The notes: generated by a model from the letters alone, not told the origin. A stretch of 32,000 nt of DNA from Candidatus Iainarchaeum sp. (GCA_028700905.1 JAQVRT010000001.1:21243-53242); one strand, 5' to 3'. Shown: positions 6,858-14,952, numbered from the stretch's first letter. Numbers and translations: made by a program.

Positions 6858-7246
6858 TTCTGCATCTCTTCTTTAATAAGTTTTTTCACTTGTTCAATAG
6901 TTGTATATTCTAAAGGATTAATATTATCAATTACATATTTCATTTCTTTTAAATCTTCAGCTCTTGCATATCTTTTTGAAAACATTTCAAGACTTGATTC
7001 AATCCCTTTCATTCTGTTTTCAATATCTTTCATTTTTTTAAAAATTTCTTCAATTTTTTCATTAGATGCAAAAGATCCTTGTGAATCAGAAGTATTGGCT
7101 GAAGCAATCTTTTTATTTAAAACAAGGATGTTTCTTCCAAGTATTTTTTCATTATGCACAAGATATTTTATTTTTTGTCTTAAAACAAGAAGACTTGATT
7201 GTAAGGCTTTAATATCTTGATACACATTTTGTGATTGATCAACCAT
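6854..7246 (-). CDS. Hypothetical coiled-coil protein
   Basis: 130 aa. Heptad-like N-terminal (QDIKALQSSLLVLRQKIKYL) and central (IEEIFKKMKDIENRMKGIESSLEM) segments, with a C-terminal DLKEMKYVIDNINPLEYTTIEQV block. An A/T palindrome, CTATAT-TT-ATATAG, lies at 7277-7290 upstream. Confidence 0.6.
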   Translation of the reverse strand: MVDQSQNVYQDIKALQSSLLVLRQKIKYLVHNEKILGRNILVLNKKIASANTSDSQGSFASNEKIEEIFKKMKDIENRMKGIESSLEMFSKRYARAEDLKEMKYVIDNINPLEYTTIEQVKKLIKEEMQK

Positions 7247-7407
7247 GATTAGTTCTTCTCTTTATTGTTAAATTTTCTATATTTATATAGTAATAGATAA
7301 TATTTAAAGATGTTTGTTTTATTTTTAAACATTTCTTTTTCTAAATTAACTCATAATAATTTAGTTCAGTTATTAAATTAAATACCTTTATAAACTATTT
7401 GTCTCAT

Positions 7408-7419
7408 AAATATATAAAA
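7408..7419 (+). promoter_or_regulatory. TATA-like box (AAATATATAAAA) for the envelope operon
   Basis: Centred about 28 nt upstream of ATG 7442. This fits a leaderless transcript starting at that ATG. Confidence 0.35.
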
Positions 7420-7441
7420 ATAAATGAGGTGTTATAAAGAT

Positions 7442-7798
7442 ATGAATAAAAAAATATTAAATATTTTCGGAGTACTTTCTGTTTTAGTTTTTTTAGTATT
7501 TGTTTCTTTAAACTTAAGTGCAGAGAGATTTGATGTTACTGATATTTCTTACTCTTATGTAAGTTATAATTATCCATATTACCCTAATGCTCAATACTAT
7601 AATAATTACTACAATTATTATGACACTTATACTCCTACAGGTTATGTAAATTCATATACTGGTTATATTAATTATCCAGTTTATTCAACTTATGTTCCAA
7701 CTTATTATAACACTTCATATGTTACATATCCTTCATACTATTATAATACAATCAGTTATGGAAGTCCAGAAGCATATGTTTCTTTTAGTTGGCAATAG
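7442..7798 (+). CDS. Secreted tyrosine/asparagine-rich low-complexity protein
   Basis: Signal peptide MNKKILNIFGVLSVLVFLVFVSLNLSA. I counted 28 Tyr in the 91-residue mature part. The track ORF opens at ATG 7424 (MRCYKD...). 7442 gives a canonical signal-peptide n-region. Confidence 0.7.
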   Translation: MNKKILNIFGVLSVLVFLVFVSLNLSAERFDVTDISYSYVSYNYPYYPNAQYYNNYYNYYDTYTPTGYVNSYTGYINYPVYSTYVPTYYNTSYVTYPSYYYNTISYGSPEAYVSFSWQ

Positions 7799-7826
7799 AT
7801 AAAAAAGAGGATTTAAAGGTTTTATT

Positions 7827-10800
7827 ATGAACTATAAATATTTTTTTGTATTTTTATTAGTAGTTTTATTTTCATCAATGGTATTTTCATACACAATTGG
7901 TTTTGATTATGCAGAAGTTAGAACTACAAGTTATCCTAACTATCTTAATTATCAATACGCTCATTATTATGATAATATTGATTTAAGATATGGAGTTTAT
8001 GGGAATGGAATTTCTTCTCCAGTAACAGTTATAGTTTCTCCAAAAGTATATGGAATAACAACAACTGGTCAAAGAGTTTTTGTTCACAATATCCAAACTC
8101 ACTCTTTTATAATGAACCCTTCTTCTTTTTATACTTATAGTTATAATCCAATGTTTTCTTTTGATCCTGCATATCAAAGTTATGAAGTTGTTTTAGATCT
8201 TCAAAGTTCAGATGGTTCTTTTAATAACTCTGTAAGTAGATATGTTTATTCTCAAGGAACTAATCCAAACCCTACAGGAGATGATCCTACAGGAGATGAT
8301 CCTAATGTTGTTAGTTGTGATGATTTTTATGTTTCAGGAATGGAAAATATTTATTTAGATGAAGATTCAAGAGAATATTATAATCTTTATTTAGTAAATT
8401 CAGTTGACTTACCACTTACAATTACTTCAGTTACAGTTTCTCCAGAGAATCCTAGTAACTTAGAAATTGAAGATATTACTTATCCTTTTACAGTTTCTGC
8501 TCTTCAAACAAGAAGTGCACAAATTGAACTTTTTACAGATACTGTTTCTTCTGATTATTCAAATAGTTTTCAAATAGAAGTTAAAGGTAAATATGATAAT
8601 TCTTTAACTTGTGAAAAAACATATAATGTAAATTATAGAATACTAGATGCTGAACTTGAAAATAATGGTTCTTGTAGTGATATAAGAATTTTAGATGATT
8701 ATTTTACAATGAGTGATAATTCTTCTAAAACTTTTGAAATTGAAGTTTCAAATGCTTCTCAAGATTATTATTTTGAAGTTGATGATATTGATTTAGATAC
8801 TACAAATGATTCAATAATTGAAGCTAATGTTAGAAACACAATTGATAAAATTTATACTGATTCTTCTAAGTTTTTAAAAATAAATGTATCTTCAGATGAC
8901 ACTTCTTTTTACAGAACTGAAAAAATAGATTTAGAATTAACAGGTTATTTAAAAAGAGAAAACAGAGAAGATAAAAAATGTAGAATTAGAGAAGAAGTTT
9001 CAATTAGAGTTTCTCCTGATTCATCAACTGGTAATACTTCAAACGAATGTGATGATATAAAAATATATACCAGAGATGTCTTCCAAGATTCTCAAGTTAC
9101 AAAAAATTACTCTCTTCAAGATGGTTTTTATATTTATAATGGAACTAATAAAAAATTCACTGTGTCTGGTATTAATTATAAAGACAATACTATGTATGCA
9201 GATATTTTTTCAAAATCTTTTGATTATACTCTTTATCCTAGATCTTCTAATGCTTTAAATTTTGATATAAGAACAAGTGAAGTTTCAGAAAATAAACTTT
9301 CAAATGCAGAAATTTCTATTCAAGGATATTTTGAAGGTGGACTTTCTTGTAGTTATTCAGATGTAACTTCAAATTTTAATTTAACTATAAGAGAAGAAAA
9401 CGATCTTTGTTCAAATGTAGGTATTTATGATGGTAGCTTTGTTGAGGGTGAAAATTATTTTACAGTTTATAATAATACTAATAAAGACTTTACTGTAAAT
9501 GATATTATTTCTCAAAATTCAGTTAACTCAAATGTAGGTGTAATTGATTCTTCTTTTAAAGTTTTAAAAAATTCACAAAAAACTTTTAGAGTAGGTTCTT
9601 CAGGAAATGGTAGTTTTGAGCTTTTAGCTAAAGGTATTTTTTCAGATGGTACTTCTTGTGACTATACTCAAACAAGTAGTGGTTATTTTAATAGCGACTC
9701 TGGTTATGATTTTTCAGATACTTCTTGTGAATTTGAATTTAATTATCCAAATGTAAAATATATTTCTTTAAATGGAGATTCTCTAAATTTTGATTTTAGA
9801 AACTTAACTGGTAAATCTGGTGAGATTAGACTTTCAGCAGTTGGAGCAGTTATTGAAGATCCAATTATTAAGTTTTCTTCATATGCATCTTTTAATAAAG
9901 AAATAGATCTTTTAAATATTAAAAATCCAAAAATGGTTCTTTATACAATTGAAATTTATGGTTGTTCTAAAAAATCATATTTTACAAATCTTTATCCTTT
10001 AGAAAATCCTATTCAAGGAGAAGTTTCATTTTTAACATATCCTAGTAATTTAGTTTCAACAAAAGATAAGTTTATAAGTTCTTTTTCACTTAAAAACTCA
10101 AGTGGAGTTTCAGAAGATGTTGAAATTAAATTTTCAGGATTTACAAATGCATTTAATTTTGTATCTTCTCCTTATCCATTAAACCCAAATACTTTTTCAT
10201 CTTCAGATAATATTTCAACAGTTACAATAAATCCAAACTCTACAAAGAATATTTATTTTGGAGTTAGTGTTTTAGAAGATGCTGAATATAAAAAATATAA
10301 TGGATATATAGAAGTATATAGTAACAATAAATTATTATTTAAAGAACCTTTATCAATAGATAGATCAATTACTACAGATAATTTATTAGTAAATACTGTG
10401 GTTGAAAAAACATCTGTTAAAAATACTGTTCTTTTAACTTTTACTTTTGAAAATAAATTACCTGACCTTACAAGAGAACTTTATTTATCTTTTGAAGATG
10501 AGAATAATTTTCAAGTAGATGGTAATAGAAATATATCTGTTGAACCATTAAGTGTTCTTGAAAGGAGCTTTACTATTGAATATAATGAGGGTTCTTTGTT
10601 TAAGTATAATTTAATTGATCAAGATAATTCTTCTCTTGCATATTCAGGAGAAGTGGATTTAAAAGAAGTTGATGATTCTTCAAATCTTTTGTCTGGATTT
10701 TTTACTCTTTCAGATACAAAAGGATTTATATTTGGAATTGTTCTTATATTACTTATAGCTTTAATAATTTTCTTAATAGTTTATGGAGATAAATCCAGAA

Positions 10801-10970
10801 CTAAAAGAAAACAAGAAGACCAAACAGTTGTAGAAACTAATGAAAAAATAAAAGAGGAAATTAAACAGGAAGAAATTTCTAAAGAAGAAAAATCAGAGGT
10901 TTTAATCGAAAATAAGCCTGTTTTAAAGCCTGCAGGCCCTAGACAAATAACTTTAGGAGAACTTGATTAA
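7827..10970 (+). CDS. Large cell-surface protein: signal peptide, Tyr-rich head, five Cys-bracketed modules, beta-sandwich-like modules, TM anchor, K/E-rich tail
   Basis: 1047-aa ORF. N-terminal hydrophobic signal (FFVFLLVVLFSSMVFS). At least 15 N-x-S/T sequons by eye. Cys at residues 164/262, 283/385, 408/508, 528/611 and 634/713. Hydrophobic helix GFIFGIVLILLIALIIFLIVYG (nt 10722-10787) followed by DKSRTKRK and a 60-aa charged tail. Confidence 0.85.
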   Translation: MNYKYFFVFLLVVLFSSMVFSYTIGFDYAEVRTTSYPNYLNYQYAHYYDNIDLRYGVYGNGISSPVTVIVSPKVYGITTTGQRVFVHNIQTHSFIMNPSSFYTYSYNPMFSFDPAYQSYEVVLDLQSSDGSFNNSVSRYVYSQGTNPNPTGDDPTGDDPNVVSCDDFYVSGMENIYLDEDSREYYNLYLVNSVDLPLTITSVTVSPENPSNLEIEDITYPFTVSALQTRSAQIELFTDTVSSDYSNSFQIEVKGKYDNSLTCEKTYNVNYRILDAELENNGSCSDIRILDDYFTMSDNSSKTFEIEVSNASQDYYFEVDDIDLDTTNDSIIEANVRNTIDKIYTDSSKFLKINVSSDDTSFYRTEKIDLELTGYLKRENREDKKCRIREEVSIRVSPDSSTGNTSNECDDIKIYTRDVFQDSQVTKNYSLQDGFYIYNGTNKKFTVSGINYKDNTMYADIFSKSFDYTLYPRSSNALNFDIRTSEVSENKLSNAEISIQGYFEGGLSCSYSDVTSNFNLTIREENDLCSNVGIYDGSFVEGENYFTVYNNTNKDFTVNDIISQNSVNSNVGVIDSSFKVLKNSQKTFRVGSSGNGSFELLAKGIFSDGTSCDYTQTSSGYFNSDSGYDFSDTSCEFEFNYPNVKYISLNGDSLNFDFRNLTGKSGEIRLSAVGAVIEDPIIKFSSYASFNKEIDLLNIKNPKMVLYTIEIYGCSKKSYFTNLYPLENPIQGEVSFLTYPSNLVSTKDKFISSFSLKNSSGVSEDVEIKFSGFTNAFNFVSSPYPLNPNTFSSSDNISTVTINPNSTKNIYFGVSVLEDAEYKKYNGYIEVYSNNKLLFKEPLSIDRSITTDNLLVNTVVEKTSVKNTVLLTFTFENKLPDLTRELYLSFEDENNFQVDGNRNISVEPLSVLERSFTIEYNEGSLFKYNLIDQDNSSLAYSGEVDLKEVDDSSNLLSGFFTLSDTKGFIFGIVLILLIALIIFLIVYGDKSRTKRKQEDQTVVETNEKIKEEIKQEEISKEEKSEVLIENKPVLKPAGPRQITLGELD
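8271..8300 (+). repeat. Perfect 15-bp tandem duplication CCTACAGGAGATGAT x2 (encodes PTGDD-PTGDD linker)
   Basis: 8271-8285 is identical to 8286-8300. It lies in the linker between the Tyr-rich head and the first Cys module. Confidence 0.9.
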
Positions 10971-11047
10971 GTTTGTTTTTTAGAAGAAAATAACAAACCC
11001 TTTATAAAGTTTTCTGTTCAAAGATTATTATATAATGAAGAATTAAT

Positions 11048-11134
11048 AAAGCTTTGTAGACTGTGTGTTAACATAGACAGTTATTAACCATTTTTTAAAA
11101 AATTTGGTTAACATATAAATGCAAAGCTTTTTTT
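11048..11134 (+). other. Nested inverted-repeat element followed by T7 (candidate small structured RNA, leader or terminator)
   Basis: AAAGCTTTG 11048-11056 is the exact reverse complement of CAAAGCTTT 11122-11130. The inner stem TTAACCA 11084-11090 pairs with TGGTTAA 11105-11111. There is a weak hairpin around GTTAAC 11067-11072. T run at 11128-11134. TATA-like TTTATAAA at 11001-11008 upstream. Confidence 0.35.
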
Positions 11135-11190
11135 AAAATAATGATTGTTTTTTAATTTTTTAAAAAACATTTGTAAAGTTTAAAAAATTG

Positions 11191-11204
11191 TTTTATATAA
11201 AAAA
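11191..11204 (+). promoter_or_regulatory. TATA-like box (TTTTATATAAAAAA) for the ribosomal super-operon
   Basis: About 45 nt upstream of the rpl3 ATG 11247. It is the only sizeable intergenic region before roughly 19 kb of tightly packed same-strand genes. Confidence 0.4.
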
Positions 11205-11246
11205 GTGTAATTTATTTTGTGTAAAAAATATTAATGTGTAACATAT

Positions 11247-12230
11247 ATGCCAAAAAAATATAAACCTAGAGCTGGATCTATGGCTTTTTACCCAAGAGTA
11301 AGAGCTAGATCTATAATCCCTAAATTTAATTCTTATAATGGACTTGAAAAAGATGAGTCTGTGTGTAAACCAATTGCTTATTATGGTCTTAAGGTTGGAA
11401 TGATGCAAGCAACTGCAAAGAATGCTCATAAAAACACTTCCTCTTATGGTCATGAAGTTGTTTTGCCAGTTACAGTTATTGAGACTCCTGATTTAAAAGT
11501 TTCAGGTGCAAGGCTTTATAAAAATAAAAAACCTATAACTGGAAAAGAAGCTGTTTCTGAATTTTTGAAATTTGATAATCTTCTTTTAAAAAAAATTAAA
11601 GGAAAGAAATCAAATGATAAAAAAGAATTAGATGCTTTCTTAAAACAAACTGATAAAGCAGATGATCTTGTTCTTTTATGTTATATTGATACTAAACAAA
11701 CAACAATTGGTCAAAAAAAGCCAGTTCTTGTTGAAATTCCTTTGTCTGGAAAGTTTGAAGACAAAATCTCTTATTTTAAAGAAAAATTTACTAAAACATT
11801 ACCTATTTCTGAAGTTTTTGATGTTGATACTAATTTAGATGTTAAATCAATATCTAAAGGTCACGGATTTACTGGTCCTGTAAAAAGATTTGGTATTAAA
11901 ATACAAAGACCTAAAGCTCAACAAATCCAAAGACACGTAGGTTCTATTGGTCCATGGCATCCTGCTACAATCATGCACACAGTTCCAAGAGCTGGTCAAC
12001 ATGGTTATCATAATAGAGTTGCTTATATGAAAAAACTTTTAATGATCGGTAGTGATTTAGAAAAAGTAAATCCTAAGGCTGGATTTAAAAAATACGGTGT
12101 TGTTAAAAATAACTATATTTTAGTTTCAGGAAACGTTCCTGGTGTTACAAAAAGAGTTGTAGCTCTTAGAAAATCTACAAGAAAACCAAGATCTAAATTG
12201 ACTGTCACAGATGTGAATATAATTAATTAA
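11247..12230 (+). CDS. rpl3: 50S ribosomal protein uL3
   Basis: MPKKYKPRAGSMAFYPRVRA and FGIKIQRPKAQQIQRHVGSIGPWHP. First gene of the canonical L3-L4-L23-L2 order. Confidence 0.95.
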   Translation: MPKKYKPRAGSMAFYPRVRARSIIPKFNSYNGLEKDESVCKPIAYYGLKVGMMQATAKNAHKNTSSYGHEVVLPVTVIETPDLKVSGARLYKNKKPITGKEAVSEFLKFDNLLLKKIKGKKSNDKKELDAFLKQTDKADDLVLLCYIDTKQTTIGQKKPVLVEIPLSGKFEDKISYFKEKFTKTLPISEVFDVDTNLDVKSISKGHGFTGPVKRFGIKIQRPKAQQIQRHVGSIGPWHPATIMHTVPRAGQHGYHNRVAYMKKLLMIGSDLEKVNPKAGFKKYGVVKNNYILVSGNVPGVTKRVVALRKSTRKPRSKLTVTDVNIIN

Positions 12231-12244
12231 TAATTTTGATTGTT

Positions 12245-13060
12245 ATGAAAACAAACGTTTATAATCTTTTAGGAAAATCTATTAAGGAAATTGAAGTTCC
12301 AGAATACTTTAGACAAAACTACAGACCTGATCTTATTAAAAGAGCTGTTGTAGCTTCTCAAAGTAATTCTTATCAACCAAAAGCACCTTCTCCATATTCA
12401 AATAGATTAAATACTGCAGAATACAGAGGTGCAAGAAAGAAAAACACCATGGATAATTCTATTAATACTGGTAAAGCAAGACTTCCAAGAACAAAAAATA
12501 GAAGAATTTTAATGGCTGGAAGAGTTGCAGGTGTTGCTCATGCTGTTGGTGGGCCAAAAGCGCATCCTCCAAAAGTTACAAAAATTTTAATTAAAAAAAT
12601 TAATACTAAAGAAAGAACAAAAGCTATTTTAAGTGCAATTTCTGCAACTGCAAATTTAGGACTTGTTTCTACAAGAGGACATGTTGTGCCTCAAGAAATT
12701 TCTCTTCCTATAGTTTTTGAAAATTCTCTTGAAAATTTAACTAAAACAAAAGAAGTTTATGATGTTTTAGAATCTTTAGGTCTTTCTGATAATGTTGAAA
12801 AAGCAAAAGATAATAAGTCTTATAGAGCTGGAAAAGGAAAGATGAGAGGAAGAAGATATAAGAGAAGAAAAAGTGTTTTATTTGTTTTAGGTGACTCTAA
12901 AAATTATAAAGTTTTCCAAAACTTAGAAGGTGTTGATGTAATTGATGCATCTAAACTTTCAATAAAAGAACTTGCTCCAGGAACACATGCTGGTAGACTT
13001 ACTATATTTTCTGAAAATGCTGTTGAAAAATTACAGGAGAGATTTTCAAAGGTGATGTGA
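12245..13060 (+). CDS. rpl4: 50S ribosomal protein uL4
   Basis: RPDLIKRAVVASQSNSYQPKAPSP and GKGKMRGRRYKRRKS. ATG 12245 is preferred over the TTG 12236 that opens the track ORF. Confidence 0.93.
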   Translation: MKTNVYNLLGKSIKEIEVPEYFRQNYRPDLIKRAVVASQSNSYQPKAPSPYSNRLNTAEYRGARKKNTMDNSINTGKARLPRTKNRRILMAGRVAGVAHAVGGPKAHPPKVTKILIKKINTKERTKAILSAISATANLGLVSTRGHVVPQEISLPIVFENSLENLTKTKEVYDVLESLGLSDNVEKAKDNKSYRAGKGKMRGRRYKRRKSVLFVLGDSKNYKVFQNLEGVDVIDASKLSIKELAPGTHAGRLTIFSENAVEKLQERFSKVM

Positions 13061-13061
13061 T

Positions 13062-13334
13062 ATGGCTAAAACTTTAGAATACTATGATATTGTTGAATAT
13101 CCTGTGATTACAGAAAAAGCTGTTGATTTAATTTCAACACAAAATAAATTAACATTTATTGTAAATAAAAAATCAAATAAAGCAGAAATTAAAGCTGCTG
13201 TTGAAAAATTATATAAAGTAAAAGTAAAAACTATAAATACTTTAGTTGATAGAAAAAATAGAAAAAAAGCATTTGTAACACTTTCAAAAGAGTTTAATGC
13301 TCAAGATGTTGCAAATAAATTAGGAATATTATAA
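13062..13334 (+). CDS. rpl23: 50S ribosomal protein uL23
   Basis: VITEKAVDLISTQNKLTFIVNKKSNKAEIKAAVEKLYKVKV; conserved position. Confidence 0.95.
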   Translation: MAKTLEYYDIVEYPVITEKAVDLISTQNKLTFIVNKKSNKAEIKAAVEKLYKVKVKTINTLVDRKNRKKAFVTLSKEFNAQDVANKLGIL

Positions 13335-13346
13335 GGGTTGTAAATT

Positions 13347-14060
13347 ATGGGAAAAAGACTTAGACTTCAAAGAAGAGGAAAAGGAACTCCAAAATATGCT
13401 GCAACTAATAATGCAAAAGTTGAAATAAGATATAATTATTTTAATGATACTCAATGTTTAAAAGGACAAGTAGTAAAATTATACTCTGATCCTATAAGAA
13501 CAGCTCCTGTTGCACAAATTTTATTTGAAAATGGTTCTGTTGACAATGTTGTTGCTTGTGAAGGTTTAAAGACAGGCGATAGAGTTGTTTTCGGAAAAGG
13601 TGCAGAAGTAAAATCAGGAAATGTTTTATTTATAAATGATATTGAACCTGGAAAAACTATCTTTAATATTGAAAAAAATTTTGGAGATGGTGGTAAATTT
13701 GTAAGGGCAACTGGACAATCAGCAACTTTAATGAGTAAAAAAGAAGATGTTGCAATAGTTAAGATGCCTTCAGGTAAAATAGTTAATTTTCCATTAAATG
13801 TTAGAGCAACAGTTGGTATTGTTGCAGGTTCTGGTAGACCAAATAAACCTTATGTTAAGGCTGGAAATAAATTCCATGCAATGAAAGCTAAAAGCAAACC
13901 TTATCCAAGATTAAGAGGAGTTGCAATGAATGCTGTTGATCACCCTTTCGGTGGACTTCAACACCACGTAGGTCATTCAAAATCTACATCAAGACATGCT
14001 CCATCTGGAAGAAAAGTTGGTGCTATTGGATCTAAGAGAACAGGAAGAAAGAAAAAGTAA
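13347..14060 (+). CDS. rpl2: 50S ribosomal protein uL2
   Basis: MGKRLRLQRRGKG and GVAMNAVDHPFGG motifs. Confidence 0.97.
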   Translation: MGKRLRLQRRGKGTPKYAATNNAKVEIRYNYFNDTQCLKGQVVKLYSDPIRTAPVAQILFENGSVDNVVACEGLKTGDRVVFGKGAEVKSGNVLFINDIEPGKTIFNIEKNFGDGGKFVRATGQSATLMSKKEDVAIVKMPSGKIVNFPLNVRATVGIVAGSGRPNKPYVKAGNKFHAMKAKSKPYPRLRGVAMNAVDHPFGGLQHHVGHSKSTSRHAPSGRKVGAIGSKRTGRKKK

Positions 14061-14073
14061 AGGTTGATTTTAA

Positions 14074-14463
14074 ATGGATGAATATTACGGTTTTAGATAT
14101 AAAGGGAAGACTTTAGAAGATCTTCAAAAAATGTCTTTAAGAGAGTTTTCAAAAATAATTTCTTCAAGATCAAGAAGAAATCTTTTAAGAAATGAATCAG
14201 ATCCTTTCTATCAAAAGTTTGAAAAAAACATTGATGTAGATGGAACAATAAGAACTCACAGAAGAGATATTATTGTAATTCCTAAAATGGTTGAAAAAAC
14301 AATTAATGTTTATAACGGAAAAGAATTTGTTCCTGTTGTAATCACTGAAGAAATGCTTGGACATTATTTAGGTGAATTTGCACTTACAAGAAAAAGGTTA
14401 AGACACGGAAAAGCAGGAATTGGTGCTACAAAATCAAGTACTGCAATTAGCGAAAGAAAGTAA
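14074..14463 (+). CDS. rps19: 30S ribosomal protein uS19
   Basis: [29 protein letters not shown]. Confidence 0.96.
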   Translation: MDEYYGFRYKGKTLEDLQKMSLREFSKIISSRSRRNLLRNESDPFYQKFEKNIDVDGTIRTHRRDIIVIPKMVEKTINVYNGKEFVPVVITEEMLGHYLGEFALTRKRLRHGKAGIGATKSSTAISERK

Positions 14464-14478
14464 ATTGGTTGAATATTT

Positions 14479-14949
14479 ATGTCAGATAAAAAATATAATT
14501 TTCAAAAAAAAGTTAATGAGAAAAAGATTGCAAAAGCATGTAAACAAAATGCTCCAATCTCAACAAAATATTCTGTTGAATTCTCAAATTACTTTAAAAA
14601 CAAGCCTTTAGATAAAGCTATAAAAATCTGTGAAGATATTATAAATAAAGAAGATCACCTTCCTTTAAAAAAATACAATAAAAAAGTTGCTCATAGAAAA
14701 GGAGATTCAAAAAGAGGTGTTGCTTCTGGAAGATGGCCTATTAAAGCTGCAACCACAGTTAAGGCTCTTTTAGAGGATGTTAAGGCTAATGCAGAAAATT
14801 TAAATTTAGATACTGAAAAATTAAAAATAATACACATGTTTGCTGTTAAAGGAGTTACTAGAAGAAAAACTCAACCTCTTGGTAGAACTGGCGGTAAACA
14901 AAGAGAATCAAAATCTACTAATATTGAAGTAATTGTTCTAGAGGAATAA
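14479..14949 (+). CDS. rpl22: 50S ribosomal protein uL22
   Basis: ISTKYSVEFSNYFKNKPLDKA, GRWPIKAATTVKALLEDVKANAE, STNIEVIV; conserved position. Confidence 0.92.
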   Translation: MSDKKYNFQKKVNEKKIAKACKQNAPISTKYSVEFSNYFKNKPLDKAIKICEDIINKEDHLPLKKYNKKVAHRKGDSKRGVASGRWPIKAATTVKALLEDVKANAENLNLDTEKLKIIHMFAVKGVTRRKTQPLGRTGGKQRESKSTNIEVIVLEE

Positions 14950-14952
14950 TGT

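Noticed and set aside
6825-7220. 131-aa plus-strand ORF opposite the coiled-coil gene.
   Set aside because: The product is F/S/I/L/C-rich and low complexity, with no GTGAT-type RBS. The minus-strand alternative gives two translationally coupled (ATGA) ORFs with proteome-like K/E-rich coiled-coil composition and an upstream A/T palindrome.
7424-7441. Extended N-termini given by the ORF track (starts at 919, 7424, 12236, 16387, 17290, 19520, 20088, 25406, 28342).
   Set aside because: Most use GTG/TTG or an ATG too close to, or overlapping, the GTGAT-type RBS. Downstream in-frame starts have the standard RBS spacing and give N-termini matching orthologue patterns. The uncertainty is a few codons only.
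8271-8300. Tandem direct repeat checked as a possible CRISPR or minisatellite.
   Set aside because: It has only two 15-bp units with no spacers, lies inside a long ORF and is in frame (PTGDD x2). It is a slippage duplication in a linker, not an array. No CRISPR-like repeat-spacer periodicity was seen anywhere in the window.
11193-11453. Minus-strand shadow ORFs over ribosomal genes: 11193-11453, 16862-17116, 17562-17873, 19258-19452, 22628-22885, 25172-25378, 25409-25618, 25579-25803, 27963-28232, 29748-29957. Also 7983-8177 over the surface-protein gene.
   Set aside because: Each lies entirely antisense to a confidently identified gene. Each encodes hydrophobic/low-complexity sequence and has no start-site signals.
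14420-14611. Same-strand alternative-frame ORFs: 14420-14611 across the rps19/rpl22 junction, and 9076-9258 inside the surface-protein gene.
   Set aside because: They are out of frame with well-supported genes, short, lack RBS motifs and have no family resemblance.
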